Source: Priapulus caudatus (taxonomy: Eukaryota). Taken from it: 64,000 nucleotides of DNA. Below, piece after piece: positions 1-13,951 of this stretch (its first letter is position 1; every line of letters starts with the position of its first letter). The position numbers and the translations under genes were made by a program. The stretch is taken from NCBI RefSeq assembly GCF_000485595.1, contig NW_014577080.1, positions 791,064 to 855,063 on the forward strand. Direction: 5' to 3'. The notes under the pieces are model-generated. The model had not been told where the DNA came from and did not search any database. It worked only from the letters and a program-made list of their open reading frames with translations.

Positions 1-1287
1 CTTATTCGAATAAGCAACTGGGAACTGGTAACTGGTAACTGCTTTGCCTGGTTACTAGTTCCAACTGGGAGCTAACTTCCCCGAGCTCGTTAATACACGG
101 TCTTTCGATGTATGACCGTTTCTTGGGGCTGATAGGTCAGCCGAGTGACGTCAACGGACTGTGTTAAAGAGCCCATCGCGGTTAGGTTCTAAATTAATTT
201 TACCAAGTTTATATACGGTTGTACACCAGTGCCTTGCTGATTTCACCCAGAAGGACGTTGGAACCAGTCTGTATGCACTACGTCAAACATGAGGTGATTG
301 CAATTCTTTCCAAAATGTCATTCATTCTTCCTTTCAGCACTGACCTTCCTAGCTCAATCCCCGAGTAGACCCAGCGCAAGACCCGGTCACTCCATTGAAG
401 ATATATGCGTTTTAGTCCCATATGGCAGCGATGTCGTCATTATTTTGACTCGAAGATTGCTTTCTAGCGAGTGATTTACACTTCATGAAAAAGTAGGGTA
501 ATATCTGAATCGGATCTGATGTTGTCGAACAAAAACAAAACGGTCTCCGATGGTGATGGATGGAAATAAAATAAATCGCATATTATTTTGGCACGCGGAT
601 TTAAAATAGAACATTAGTCATCATCATAAACTTTTTTGTCGTAATACTTGCTATACGATGAGATGTTTTGAGAACGTGGCCATGACTGTAGATATACGAT
701 ATCGTATTTGCCTTGACTTGCTCCATAATCATATGTCATTGCTAGAATCAATGACTAATGCCCACGCTTTATAGATTTGCTTTATTTGCGATCTGCCGCA
801 TTTGGGCCCTTTATCTGTTTGCTGTTTGTCACGAGCGAAGAATAGCTCTTCTGTACTCTTTCCCCAAGAACACATCTATCACAAACAGCGGGGTTTTTAT
901 TTTTAATATCATCGCTCGTTAACAAAGCGATAGAAAGAATCTGTAGAAGAAGTGCGTTTAGTACGTAGAGAGGGTGATAAGGGGGTGAAGAGAGAGAGAA
1001 CGAGAGAGGAAGGGAAAGAGGGTGGGAGGAAGGTGGGAGGGCGGGCAGGTATGCAGGCAGGCAAGCAGGCAGGCAGGCAGGGTATTTAGTAGTTATAATG
1101 AGGGACGGATACCGCGTGATACCTGCGCGATGTGAAAGCGCGAATTCCTATCACGTTTTATTTCAACAATCCGCATTTCGCTTCTCGAATATATCGAAGT
1201 ACCTGAAAACACAGTTCTTTGTTTTTCGCCTCCCGGTCTGACACAGATTCTCTCCCACCCCCTCACACCTGGCCTGAGGCTATCACG

Positions 1288-1320
<33 letters not shown>
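1..1320. repeat. Dispersed copy of composite repeat unit, matching about 7236-8610 and, for its first about 670 bp, about 19720-20445
   Basis: Colinear near-identical text in all three copies, e.g. TAGGTTCTAAATTAA and GGCAGCGATGTCGTCATTATTTTGA. Copies 1 and 2 run on to CCTGAGGCTATCACGCTG followed by a GT-rich tract. Confidence 0.9.
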
Positions 1321-1321
<1 letters not shown>

Positions 1322-1662
1322 TATATTAAGAATTGAAGAACCGAATGCAATGCTAATCGTGTTAGGGTTGTCACCGTTGCACTGTAGGATTTTCCGCTAA
1401 TACCTATTTTGCGGCATTTTTTAAACGAAACAGCTCGCTGGTATTCCTCACACACGCGTTCGTGTACTTCATTCTAAGCTTCATGGTATGCAACCGGAAT
1501 AGTTGACGGAATTTACACGGCGGTTTAGTTTACTTCGTTCTTCTTTGTTGGATTCTTAAATTTCGCTCACGTTTCTCAACCAGTCCCACATTTACTCAAA
1601 CAGACGTAACAGGCGTAACGCATGTTAATTTCTGTACTATTGTCGACTGGTGGTAATCGGTT

Positions 1663-1839
1663 ACGGGAAAGTCCCCGCTTTATCGGGATAGGTCCAAAAA
1701 CCATGAGTAGATCCCGATTTAGCGGTGGTCCTGATTAAGCGGTGAACAAAACAACGTGCATACAGATTATTTTTTTAAGACGCATATCGTTTAAACGAAG
1801 CGCCCGTTTATCCGAAGCCAGATAAAGCGGGGACCACTG
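1663..1839. mobile_element. Short Tc1/mariner(pogo)-like MITE remnant
   Basis: GTCCCCGCTTTATC (1671) is inverted with GATAAAGCGGGGACCACTG (1821-1839). The left terminus is degenerate. Confidence 0.5.
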
Positions 1840-2674
1840 CATTGCAAGGAACACCAGCGCCCTCTTTCTGGGAAAACCCGCTATCCGGGTGTAATCGCGA
1901 AATCGCGCTGGTCTGACTCTAGACTGGCACCCGATGCTTCACCACGTGAAAAGAACCCGTTAACTTAGTAACTAAGGCGAAGAGACGTGGCCATGGGTCT
2001 CGTCTGCGTCCGTGGCGCCGTCATCGCACCAGCAGACGCCTCCTTGCGTGCGCGTGTGCTTGTGTTTTTTGCCGTGTTTAGGGAACCTCGTCGTGAGATT
2101 CCTTAGAGCCGGCGTCAGCGCCACGAACGCGTGTTTGTTCGTCGGATTTGTAGCGGCGGGGTGGGGGTGGGGGTAAGACGCGCTCATTAATGCACACGCA
2201 GAGGGATTCCAACCGTTTCCCCCCGTGGCTCTGAGTTCACAGGTTGATTCGTGACGACGACGACTCACGCAGTCGGTCTGCGCATAACGTTGCATGTTGC
2301 ATAACATAACGTTACATAACGTTGCATGTTGGTGTGCCTTCCTGCCTGCCTGCCAGCTTCTCGGTGTACCTGCTTGCTGTGTGCCAGCTTGTCTGTGTGC
2401 CTGCCTGCCTGCTTGTCTGTGTGTCTGCTTGCTGCTTGCTGTGTGCCAGCCTGTCTGCCTGCCTCTCTGCCTTCCTCGCTGCCTGCCTACCTGACTGTCT
2501 GCCTACCTCCGTGGTTGCTTGCCTGCTAAACCCTATTGTGTCTTTTCACGAACTTTGTTCTCAGCGGAGGTGAAAAATCTTCGTTGGTGTAGAATTAGCT
2601 GGTTTTTGTGCGTGGGAACGAGCAGGCGGGCGCCGGCACACGCACACAGTAGGGCGCTTTCTTGTTTGCGTGGA

Positions 2675-2675
<1 letters not shown>

Positions 2676-2740
<65 letters not shown>

Positions 2741-2890
2741 CTCCCTCTCTCTCCCCCTTTCACTTCCCACCACCCTGTCCCAAGTCTCGCGCGCAATCTT
2801 TTTCGCGCTCTCTCTCTTTCTCTCTCTCTCCGTCTCTCGCTCACACTACACCCCCTCTTTCTTTCTCTATGTCTCTCTCTCCCTCTCTCT

Positions 2891-2923
<33 letters not shown>

Positions 2924-2925
2924 AT
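2676..2925. repeat. (GA)n followed by (CT)n microsatellites
   Basis: Direct reading. Confidence 0.9.
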
Positions 2926-3239
2926 TGTGATGCGTGATGTAACACCGTGAGCCCCTTGAGGTCGGAGGATATTTCTCAGCCACGATCGCGTGTAGACTGC
3001 CTCTTGTAAGTCGCTGAGATCAACGATGAGAGTCGTATGGCCTTGTGCTCTCAGCCACGGGGACTCACGGGTGCAGGGAGGGGAGGGTCAGTCTAGCGCG
3101 TGTGGGTATCAAACGTGTGCGACTTAAAGCGCGTGCGCGCGTGTGTGTTTTAAAGTTATTGTGTTTGTAAAAGCGAAGCGTAATTGCGAACGAGTAAACG
3201 ACGTTTGACTTTCGGGTCACTGCGTGAAGAGGAAGATCA

Positions 3240-6155
3240 AGCATATACTGAGTTTGTGGTCTGCCGTGATCGTACTTGTACAAGTATCAGGTACGTGTTT
3301 GTGGGTCTGCCATGATCGTCTACTTGTACAAGCAATAGTGGTTGTGGTCTCGGCTGATCGTTACTTGTACACAGTGGTTACGTGTTTGTGGGTCTCCGTT
3401 TGGTCCGTTATTGTACAGGTATATACGGTTTGTGGGTCTCCGTGATGCGTTACTTGTAGCCGGCATATCCGTGGTTGTGTGGGGTCTCGTGATCTGTTAC
3501 TGTGTACAAGTTTATACGTTTCGTTGTGGGTCCCTCCGTGATCGTGTACTTGTGAGCACAGTCTACTACTGGTTTGTGGGTCTCCGTGGTCGTTAGCTTG
3601 TAGCAAGTTTATACGTGGTTTGTGGGCTCTCCGTGATCGTTACTTGGTACAGTATTACGTGGTTTGTGGGTCTCCGTGATCGTTACTTGTACAAGTATAT
3701 ACGTGGTTTGTGGGTCTCCGTGGTCGTTACTTGTACAAGTATATACGTGGTTTGTGGTCTCCCGGACGTACCTTGCTTACAAGCATATCGTGTTTTGTGG
3801 GTTCCCGTGATGCGTGTACCTTGTACAAGTATTACTCGTTTTGGGTCTCCGTGATCGTCACTTGGTACAAAGTAATACGTGTTTGTCTGGTCTCCGTGGT
3901 CGTTAGCTTGTACAAGTACATATACGTGGTTTCGTGGGTGCTCCGTGGTCGAGTTACTTGTACTAAGGTATACCTACTGGTTTGTGGGTCTGCCGTGGTC
4001 GTACGTACAAGTAATATACGTCGTATTGTGGGTCTCCGTGATCGTCACTGTACAAGTACTATACGGGTTGTGGTCCCGTGGTCGTTACTTGTACAAGTAT
4101 ATAGCGCTGTTTGTGGTCCTGCCCAGTGGTCCGTTACCTTGTACAAGTATGATACGTGGTTTTGTTTTTGGTCTCCGTGTACGTTACTTGACAAGTTGAT
4201 ACGTGGTTTGTGGGTCTCCGTGATCGTTACTTGTACAATGTTATATACGTGGTTTGTGGGGTCTTCCGTGTTCGCGTTACTTGTACAAGTTTATACGTGG
4301 TTTGTGGGTCTCGCTTGGTCGTTACCTGTGGTTACAAGTATATACGTGGTTTTGTGGGTCTCCGTGTTCGTTACTCTGTACAAGTAATATAACGTGGTTT
4401 GCTGGTTCTCCGTGATCGTTACTTGTACAAGTATATTACGTCGGTTGTGCGGTCTTCCGTGGTCGTTACTTGTACGAAGTATATACGTGTCTTGTGGGTC
4501 TCCGTGTCGTTACTTAGTACACATACTACGTGGTTGTTGGGTCTCCGTGTCGTACTGTAAAGTATATACGTGGTTTGTGGTCCCCCGTGGTCGTTACTCT
4601 GTACAAGTACTATACGTGTTTGTGGGTCTCCTGATCTTACTTGGTACAAGTTATACGTCGTTTGTGGGTTCCGTGATCGTTACTTGTACAAGTATATACG
4701 TGGTTTGTGGGGTCTCCGTGGTCGTTACTTGTACAAGTATACTACGTTGTTTTGTTGGTCTCCGTGATCGTTACTTGTACAAGCATATAAGTGGTTTGCT
4801 GTGTCTCCGTGATCGTTAAATTGTAGCAGAGTATATACGTCGTTTGTGGGTCTGCGCGTGATGGCGTCATTGTAGCAAGTATATACGTTGTTTGGTGGGT
4901 CTGCGCGTGATCGTTTACTTGGTACAGTATATACGGTGGGTTTGTGGGTCTCGTGTGTCGTTAGCTTGTGAACAATATATACGGTTGGGTTTGTGGGTCT
5001 CCGTGTCGTTACTTGTACAAAGTATCTAACGTGGTTTGTGCGGTCTCCGTGATCGTTACTTGTTACACAGTATAATGACGTGGTTTGGTGGGTCTCCGTG
5101 TCGTTAACTTGTAACAAGCTATATACGTGGTTTTGGTCGGCTCTCCCGCTGATCGTTACTTGTACAACGTTTATTACGTCGTTTGTGGGTCTCCGTGATC
5201 GTTACTGTAACAAGTATATGCGGTGTTTGTGGTCTCCGTGGTGTTACTTGTACAAGTAATACGTGGTTGTGGGTCTCCCGTGATCGTTTACTTGTACAAG
5301 CATATACGGGTTTGGTGGGTCTCGCGTGACGTTACTTGTATCAAGTATATACGCCGTTTGTGGTGCCCTGTGATCCGTCACTTGTACAAGTATATACGTG
5401 GTGTTGTGGGTCTCCGTGTCCGTTAACTCTATACAGTACAAGTATATACGGGTGTTGTTTCGTGGGTCTCGTGGTCGTACTTCTGGTACAGAGTTTATTA
5501 CCGTCGTTTGTGGGTCTCCGCGTGATCTGTTACTTGTACATAGTATATACCGTCGGTTTGGTGCGGTCTCCGTGGCTCGTTTACGTTGTACAGGAGTATA
5601 TGACGTGGTTTGTGGGTCTCGTGCTCGTTACTTGTAACAAGTATATACGCCGTTTGTGGGTCTCTCGTGATCGTTATTGTACGGCAGTACAAAGTTACTA
5701 CGTGGTTTGATGGGTCTCCGTGATCGTTACTTGTACAAGTATATAGCGTGGTTTGGTGGGTCTCGCGTGAGTCGCGTTACTTTGTACAAGCGTATATTAC
5801 GTCCGCTTTGCTGGCTCTCCGTGATCGTTAAATGTACAAGTGATATACGTGTTTGTGGGTCTCGTGATCGTTACTTGTAACAAGCATATACGTGGTTTGT
5901 GGGTCTCCGTGATCGTTACTTGTACCAATAATATACGTCCGTTTGTGGGTTTCCATGATGCGTTAGAAAAAATACATGGTTACAAGTATATTGCGTCGTC
6001 AGGGTCTCGCGGATCGTTACTTGTACAAGCATATACGTGGTTTGTGGGTCTCCGTGATCGTTACTTGTACAAGTATATACGTCGTTTGTGGGTCTCCATG
6101 ATCGTTACATGTACAAGTATATACGTCGTTGTGGGTCTCCATGATCGTTTACATG
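3240..6155. repeat. 44-bp tandem satellite array (copy 1)
   Basis: Consensus GTGGTTTGTGGGTCTCCGTGATCGTTACTTGTACAAGTATATAC, containing the palindrome TACTTGTACAAGTA. Many single-base indels. Confidence 0.95.
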
Positions 6156-6256
6156 TATCGAGCAGCCGCGATTTCACTCCACACACACACACACGCGCAC
6201 GCACACACACACAAAACACGCACGCACGCGCGCGCGCCCGCACACATACACACACA

Positions 6257-6304
<48 letters not shown>

Positions 6305-6619
6305 TGCATGCATACATACATACATACATACATACATACATACATACATACATACAACGACTCCGATGTAATGCTTACGCGACTGGAGAAAGCAGAGCAC
6401 AGACGATTGTTGCTCGTTCTAAATGCATGTCGGTCATTCGTACGTGCTGCCGGTTAGCTTCGGGGTGTCCTTATTTTTCATTAGACGAAACTTTGTCGTC
6501 GTCTAGCAGTGATTGATCGTTTTTTCGTAGTTTTTCATCCATTTGAAATAAGAGTGTAGATAGGTTCATTGGGCAGCAGACCGACCAGGCTGCGATACTA
6601 ACGTTAATACGGGTCAGTG

Positions 6620-7320
6620 AAGTAGTCTCCCAGTTCCCGTTCCCAGTATCTGCGCGATAAGGCAACTAGTAACTAGGCAACAGGGTCAAGTTTACCAGTT
6701 CCGCAGTTTCCAAGTTCCTTATTCACGAATAGAGGAACTAGTAACTATAGGCAAGCAGTTCCCTAGTTCGAGTTCCCAGTTTCTTATTTCGAATAAGGAA
6801 CTAGTAACTAGCAAAGCAGTTATCCAGTTCCAGTTCGAAATGAAATTGAATTGGGAACTGCGGTAAGCTAGGCAAAATCAGTAACTAGTTACTATATCGG
6901 GATCATTACTCCTTTGGCACACAGTTTACTTCGAACTGCGTAACTGAATCAAGTCAGGCTTGGGTATCGAAACTGTAACTGATCCTAATAATAAATGTGT
7001 GCAAAAGGTTCAATTTGGCCGAATAAAGTAACTAGTAACTATTTTGCCTAAGTTACCAGTTACCGAATTCAGGATGTGCATTTCGAACTGGGAACTGGGA
7101 ACTGCTTTGCCTAGTTAACTAGGTCCTTATTCGAATAAGGAACTGGAACTTGGTAACGCCTTTGCCTAGTTACTATCCTTATTCGAAATGAAAAGGCAAC
7201 AGGACTGGTAAACTGCTTTGCCTAGTTACTAGTTCCTTATTCGAATAAGCAACCTGGGAACTGGTAACTGGTAACTGCTGTTGGCCTGGTTACTAGTTCC
7301 AACTGAAGCTAACTTCCCCG
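6620..7320. repeat. Foldback (inverted) array of about 45-50-bp units within the composite repeat
   Basis: Left-arm units (consensus GGAACTAGTAACTAGGCAAAGCAGTTACCAGTTCC) are the reverse complement of right-arm units (GGAACTGGTAACTGCTTTGCCTAGTTACTAGTTCC). Units are joined by the palindrome CTTATTCGAATAAG, with the centre near 6970. A second copy lies at about 19115-19800. Confidence 0.8.
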
Positions 7321-8699
7321 AGCTCGTTTAATACGAACGTCCTTCGATGTAGTGACCGTTTTCTTGGGGGGCTGATAGGTCAGCACGACGTGACTCACGG
7401 AACTGTAGTTAATAAGAGCCGGCATCGCGTTTAGGTTCTAAATTAATTTACCAAGTTATATACGTTGACACCCAGTGCCTTGCTGGATGGTGCGAGCCCC
7501 AGAACAGGACGTTGGGCAACCAGTCCTGTATGCACTACGTCAAACATGAGGTGATTGCAATTCTTCGCAAAATGTCATTCATTCTTCTTTCAGCACTGAC
7601 CTTCCTAAGCTCAAATCCCCGAGTAGACTCCAGCGCCAAGACGCCGTCACTCCATTGCAAGATATATGCGTTTTAGTTCCATATGGCAGCGATGTCGTCA
7701 TTATTTTGACTCGAAGATGCTTTCTAGCGAGCTGATTTACACTTCATGAAAAAAGTAGGGTAATTCTGAATGCGGATCTGATGTGGTCGACAAAAACGAA
7801 AACGGTCTTCCGGATGGTGATGGATGGAAATTAAAATAAATCGCATATTATCTTTGGCACGCGATTTAAAAAGGAACATTAAAGTCATCATCATAGAACT
7901 TTTTTGTCGTAATACTTGCTATACGATGAGATGTTTTTGAGAACGTGGCCATGACTGGTAGATATACGATATCGGTATTTGCGCTGACTTGCTCTCATAA
8001 TCATAACTGTCCATTGCTAGACGTCAAGGACTTAATGCCCACGGCTTTTATAGATTTGCTTTATTTGCGATCTGCCGCATTTGGGCCCTTTAATCTGTTT
8101 CTGTGTTTCACGAGCGAAGATAAGCTCTCTGTAGCTCTTTCCCCAAGGACACATCTATAAAACAAACGAGCGGGGTTTTTAATTTTTCATATCATCGCTC
8201 GTTAACTCAAGCGATAGAAAGAATCTGTAGAAGAAGTGCGTTTAGTATCGTAGAGAGGGTGATCAGGGGCGAAATGAAAGGAGACGGGAGAGGAAGGGAA
8301 AAGAGGGTGGTGAGGACGGTGGAGGGCGGGCAGGTGCCAGGCAGGCAGCAGGCAGGCAGGCAAGGGTATTTAGTAGTTATAATGAGGGACGGATACCGCG
8401 TGATACCTCGCGCGATCGTGAAAGCGCGAATTCCATATCAGCGTTTATTTCAACAATTCTGGCATTTCGCTTCTCGAATATATCGAAGTACCTGAAAACA
8501 GCAGTTCTTTGTTTTTCGCCTCCGCGTGTCTGACAGCCAGATTCACTCCCACCCCCTCACACCTGGCCCTGAGGCTATCACGCTGCTGTGTGTGTGTGGT
8601 GTGTGTGTGTGTTGGTGTGCGTGCGTGCGTGCGTGCGTGTGTGTGTGTGTGCGTGCGTGCGTTGCGTGCGTGTGTGCGTGTAAGCAAACCAAGCCCTAA

Positions 8700-11600
8700 T
8701 AGTTGCAGTGACCGAGACGCCCAAAAATTAAGTGCACCGCCTACGGAGGTATAACCAAGCTGGGACTGGTCTCTTTTAACCGTCTGGATCCCTAGTTTAT
8801 GAAAAGACATGTTGAGTTGCAGCACCCTTGTACAACATGCGCGATATAACCCTTTTGTTTACTGTAAACCATACTGAAAAACATGACATTTTCAGTTAAT
8901 TTTGCTTGTGTCTTTTTATTTATTTTGCGTGAAATTACACCCATTATATTTTAATAATTGAGTGGTAATATCAATGTACTTTCATTAAAATAATATGTCA
9001 ATGTATTATGGGGCAGTTGATGCTGGCTAAGGGGCGGAGAGGGCCAAAATTATACCCCAAATGTGGCATTTTTTGGCGATTTCGACCAAAATAATGTTTA
9101 CTTTCTTGGCACTACTAAAACCAAGTACATGTTATCGAGCTGTGTCACGATCTGACTGTATCATGGCCTAGGTGTGCTATTTGATCAAAATTGGTTTTAT
9201 CATGGTAATACGGTACAACATGGTACATTACCGCCGTTGTTTACGGTAACATCCAAAAAACTGACATTTCAGTTTACTTGCTTATTTTAATGAAATCTCA
9301 GGCCCATTATATTTGTATCAATTGATGGTATATCAAATGTAATTTCATTGAAATGAGATATGTAGGCCATGTTTTTGAGGCAGTTTTATGGCTGGCTAGG
9401 GGGTTAAGGCCAAAATTATACCCCAAATTTGGCATTTTTTGGCGATTTCGACGCAAATAATATGTAATATTTTCTTGCACGTATTCCACAATACATGTTA
9501 TAACTGTGTCAGATCTGACTCTATCATGGGCCGTAGATGTGATATTTGATAAAAAACTCAGTTTCAGCATGGTCACGGGTACAGACAATGTGGCAATTAA
9601 CCCTTATTTGTGACAGACCGTTAAAACACTTTTTCATTTACTTCCAGTATTTTATAAACTCAGCCCATGCAGATGTTTAGACGGATGTTTATCAATGTTT
9701 TTTGATTGAAAATATAGATGAAGGCAATGCATTTTAGGCAGTTTTCTATGCTTGTTAAGGGGGTTAAGGGCCCAAAAAATATACCAAGAAAATCTGGCAT
9801 ATTGTTGATAATTTTGACGCCATAATAAAGAACGTTTCCATGCATACTGCGCACCAATACATGTACACTACCAAGTATCATAGGTCTACCTGACTGAAGG
9901 CCTTATCCAATCAGTCTGGATGTATGCATTGTTATAAAAAATGAGTTGAAGGCATGTGAAGGCTGAGTACACATGGTACATTGAACCCTGTTTACAAACA
10001 AATGCTAATGGTTAACATAACAGTGTGGGCATGATGTGCATAGCCATTTTTCAACATCAAATCTATGTGCCACTTTCTTCTTCTGTATGTGTTCTGATTT
10101 CAAGGTCAGTACAATGAACAAGGCATTCGATGCACTCTATAGTCCAGCAGGAGAATAAGGACATTTCTCGCAACATCAACGCAGTTCTTGTCTGTGCAGT
10201 AGAAATGTGTCAGGTCTCGGAACTTCACTGGAGCTGATGGCATGGAGTGAACATCGTCTGTGTTATGCCTCCATCATCACAAAGCGGACCAAACGCATGG
10301 CCAACGCGGTTCAATCAAACATCTTGGTTGGGGATGTGACTCCTGCACCAAATCCTGTTTGGCAGCTTTGCGTGCCAGGACAATGTTGTTTGGAAGGCAT
10401 CTTCTGTTGGAGGAAGCATGGATTGCCATACTTGTCTGTCATTGTAGCCATGCTGTAACCCAACCTCATCAGTGCTGTCCATCATTGCATCCTTTCCCGT
10501 GAAGAGTCAGTGTGTAGGCTCACGGGCTATCCGTGATGCTCTCCTTTATGTCGTCTTCATGGAATGACTTGAGGCGTTTGTCAGACTGTCGCGCATGTTT
10601 CACCGCAGTTTCGAGTAGGCCCTACCTACGCCGTTTTTTCCTATCCTGTTTCATTGCAACATGTGGTGGCCGCATGGCGCTGCGAGCATGAGCAGGCATG
10701 GGGGGGAAGGGAGACACTCGCATATTGTTGGGCCAAGTTAATTCGCAATGTATGTAAAGCAGATGCAGTTTTCCTTTTCTGAATGACGCAGCATCACATG
10801 TACACATAAGTCAGCCAGTTGTCCTCTGCTGACATAGTAAAGGCCAGCAAAACCAAGACATCTGTGTCGTCGCAGCGATTATGATTCTATCATGGTCCTT
10901 GATTGTTAGTGCACTAGGCATGCAGGATCATAGTGTTCGGCCTCTCCTTGTTCACTGTACAGTGATTCAACAGATGACGCTCCAGATGGACAACACGACC
11001 TTCACAAGAGTTTCTTATAAATCCTCCTGGCCAGATAATGGATTTTCGTTGGGAACATATTCTTCTGGCATTCTCCAAGATATACTGTGAGATGTAATTG
11101 CAAGGCTTGCCTTGTTTCCGCGACTCCCTTGAGAAACTTGCCTGTAGTTAGGTAATTGTTGCTCCCCCCTGGATCCTATAAGTAGGTAAAACTGGAAGAA
11201 TCGCCCACCCGCTCGCTTCTGTGGTCTTGATAGATGACAACGTTATCATACCGAATCGAAGTCCACGCATCTCGAATATCTTGCGCAATGCTTAGCCAGG
11301 AAACGCATTATCAGATGATTCCTCCAGCCCTCCCTTGTTACTGCGTTCCCACCCAGTGGTTCCGGTCTGCTCCATAGCATGAATCTGGCTGTGCTTTGCT
11401 GTAGATGCAAGGTCTGCTGTAACATGCAGTATGTGATGCTGCCCCAACTCCTCAGTATATGTTGGCAGCTAGCCTCAAACGAAGTGGTAAAATAATGGGT
11501 TGACGAAGTCAGATGGTGAGGCATTGATGAAGGTTAGATATCCGTATCGTAGTAAGCGGGACAGTCTGTACTGACGAGGGCGTTGAATCCACTCCAGGCC

Positions 11601-13951
11601 GGAATGCTAATTCAGCCATGCTCCATGCAGGTCGCTTCGCACTTGGCCATATGAAATCTTTCATTAATGACCGGCTTATCCGACGTTTCATCCTCCCACT
11701 TGATAGGTTACAATGGCTATGGCATTCTTTGCAGACTTTGCGGTAGCCTTGGAGTTGTTGTTTCCTTGTACTGGCTCAGTGTTCCAAGGATTTCTGCTTT
11801 GTATAAGGATCAAAGGACATATCATGACTGAGTGAATCGTTGGTACAACACAACACCATGGCAATGATGTAGTGCGTTTCCCCCCCCCGCATCAACTGTC
11901 TCCTCATTATGATCAAAGTGTTCGATGGCAGCCATCAACCGACTGATTCAGTTTCTAGGATCAATCCTGTGAAATCCCACGAAGACCTTACTTTTAGATG
12001 GTACTGAAGTTGATTCAAAGAGCTACTGAATGGTTAAGAACTTTCTCACTCATTAATAGTTTATTGGAATATCCCACTGTCTGAGAACGTCCTATAAGCT
12101 CCTTACTCCTAATATATTCATGTGGCAACTTAAACACAGCAAGGAGATGCGCCCGCGCGTGCGCCCGGCGGCTCGGCATATGGGGACTTGCAAGGCCACA
12201 ATGTATGTGTTTGCGTCCTTACAGGACTGAGAAATGATACTGTGACAGATACGCAAGGCACTCTTATGTCAGCATCACTTGAGTCACAGTGTCTAATCAT
12301 TGTCAAAAGATTCCTTCAAGGTCACCAGGCTATGAAATCGTACAATGTCTCTGGAACAAAAGTTCTTACCATTGTCGTACATTCACGTCTCCGGCTTGAG
12401 CATAAGTTGCTAGTTTGAAAAAGGTATCCTAGCCCATTGCATCTGCGAAGGATACCAGCAGCTCGATGAAGGACGACACTATCCGGATCCACATCACTTC
12501 CATCTTCACTGGTAAATCGCATTCGACCGGTATTCCATTGATTTCTATGTTCAGTTGCAGGCAACTTTCTTAATATAACCATCATTATAAAATATAAATG
12601 GGGCTGAGTTTCATAGAAATAAGCAAGTAACTGAAAATGGCAATTTTTTCAGTTTATGTTACCCCGTAACAAGGGTTAATGTAGCCATGTTGTATCCGTT
12701 TACCAACTGCTGAAATCTGATTTTTTTATCAATAGCACATCTAGGCCGCATGAATTACAGTCAGATCTGACACAGTGGTAACATGTATTGGTGAAAATAG
12801 TGGCAAGAAAAATACACATTATTTTGGTCAAAATTTCAAAAACAGTGCAAATTGGGGTATAGACTTTCGGCCCCTTAAGCCCCCTTACAGCATAAAACTG
12901 CCTCAAAAACCATGCTACATACTATTTTCAAGTAAAATACATTTGATATAACACATCAATTAATAAAATATAATGGCCTGATTTCATCAGAAATAAGCAA
13001 GTAACGAAAATGTCATTTTTTCAGATGTTAGCCGTAAACAAGGGTTAATGTACCATGTTGTACCCGTTTACGCAATGCTGAAACTGATTTTTTTATCAAT
13101 AGCACATCTAGGCCCCATTGAATACAGTCAGATTCTGACACAGTGGAACATGTATTGGTGAAATAGTGCAAGAAAATATACATTATTTTGGTCAAAATTT
13201 CAAAAAAATGCCCAAAATTTTGGGTTATAATTTTGGCCCCTTAACCGCCTTTAGCAGCATAAAAACTGGCCTCAAAATACATATGCTACATATCTATTTC
13301 AAGTGAAGTACATTGGATATACCATCAATTATAAAATATAATGGGCCTGATGTTCAATAAAAAAACAATAACTGAAAATGTCATTTTTTCAGATGTTATC
13401 CGTAAACAAGGGGTTAATGTACCAGTGTTGTACGCCGTTTACCATGCTGCAAACTGATTTTTTTATCAATAAGCACACCTAGGTCCCTCCCATGAAGTAC
13501 AGTCAGATCTGACGACAGGATAAGCATGTATTGGTTTGTAGTGCAAGAAAATAGTACATTATTTTGGTCGAAAATCGCCAAAAAATGCTCAAATTTGGGT
13601 ATAATTTTTGGCCCCTTAACCCCTCTTGGCAGCATAAAACTGCCTCAAATACAGTTGCCTACATATCTATTTCAATGAAATACATTGATATAAACCCTCA
13701 ATTATAAATATAATGGGGCTGATTTCATCAAATAAGCAAGTAGACTGAAATGTCATTTTTTTCACATGTTAACCGTAATACAAAAGGTTTAATTCGGCAT
13801 GTTGTATCAAGGTTGCATGCACCTACAACCATGTCTTTTCATAACTAGGGATCGCAGATGGTTAAAATGAGACCAGTCCCAGCTTGTTATACCTCCGGTA
13901 GGGGTATCTCCTTAAATAGAGCCCTTTTTCAGCTTTGGTCACTGCAACTCA
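8700..13951 (-). mobile_element. Academ-like (AcademX-type) DNA transposon, internally deleted and degenerate
   Basis: Termini are TAGTTGCAGTGACC (8700) and GGTCACTGCAACT(c)A (13951), flanked by a 3-bp TAA duplication (8697-8699 and 13952-13954). Long imperfect TIRs are built of about 370-bp units. The minus-strand frameshifted coding remnant has, after correcting indels, AAIxxFDHNEET, FDRYD, EQGEA..MILHA and I.CDDTDVLVLL (XPG/FEN1-like) motifs and a Cys-rich C-terminus. Confidence 0.8.
10100..12585 (-). pseudogene. Disrupted Academ transposase/XPG-nuclease ORF
   Basis: Fragments occur in several frames. N-terminal VLHRAAGILRR...FVPETLYDFIAW at 12322-12585; AAI.FDHNEETVD near 11890-11935; PIN/XPG-like motifs at 10850-11280; DLTHFYCTDKNC and further Cys residues near 10110-10240. 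Many frameshifts. Confidence 0.7.

Noticed and set aside
3240..6155. Regular palindromic repeats suggesting a CRISPR array, with many overlapping ORFs
   Set aside because: Units are head-to-tail with no unique spacers and no cas genes, in a eukaryotic context. The ORFs are translations of the satellite.
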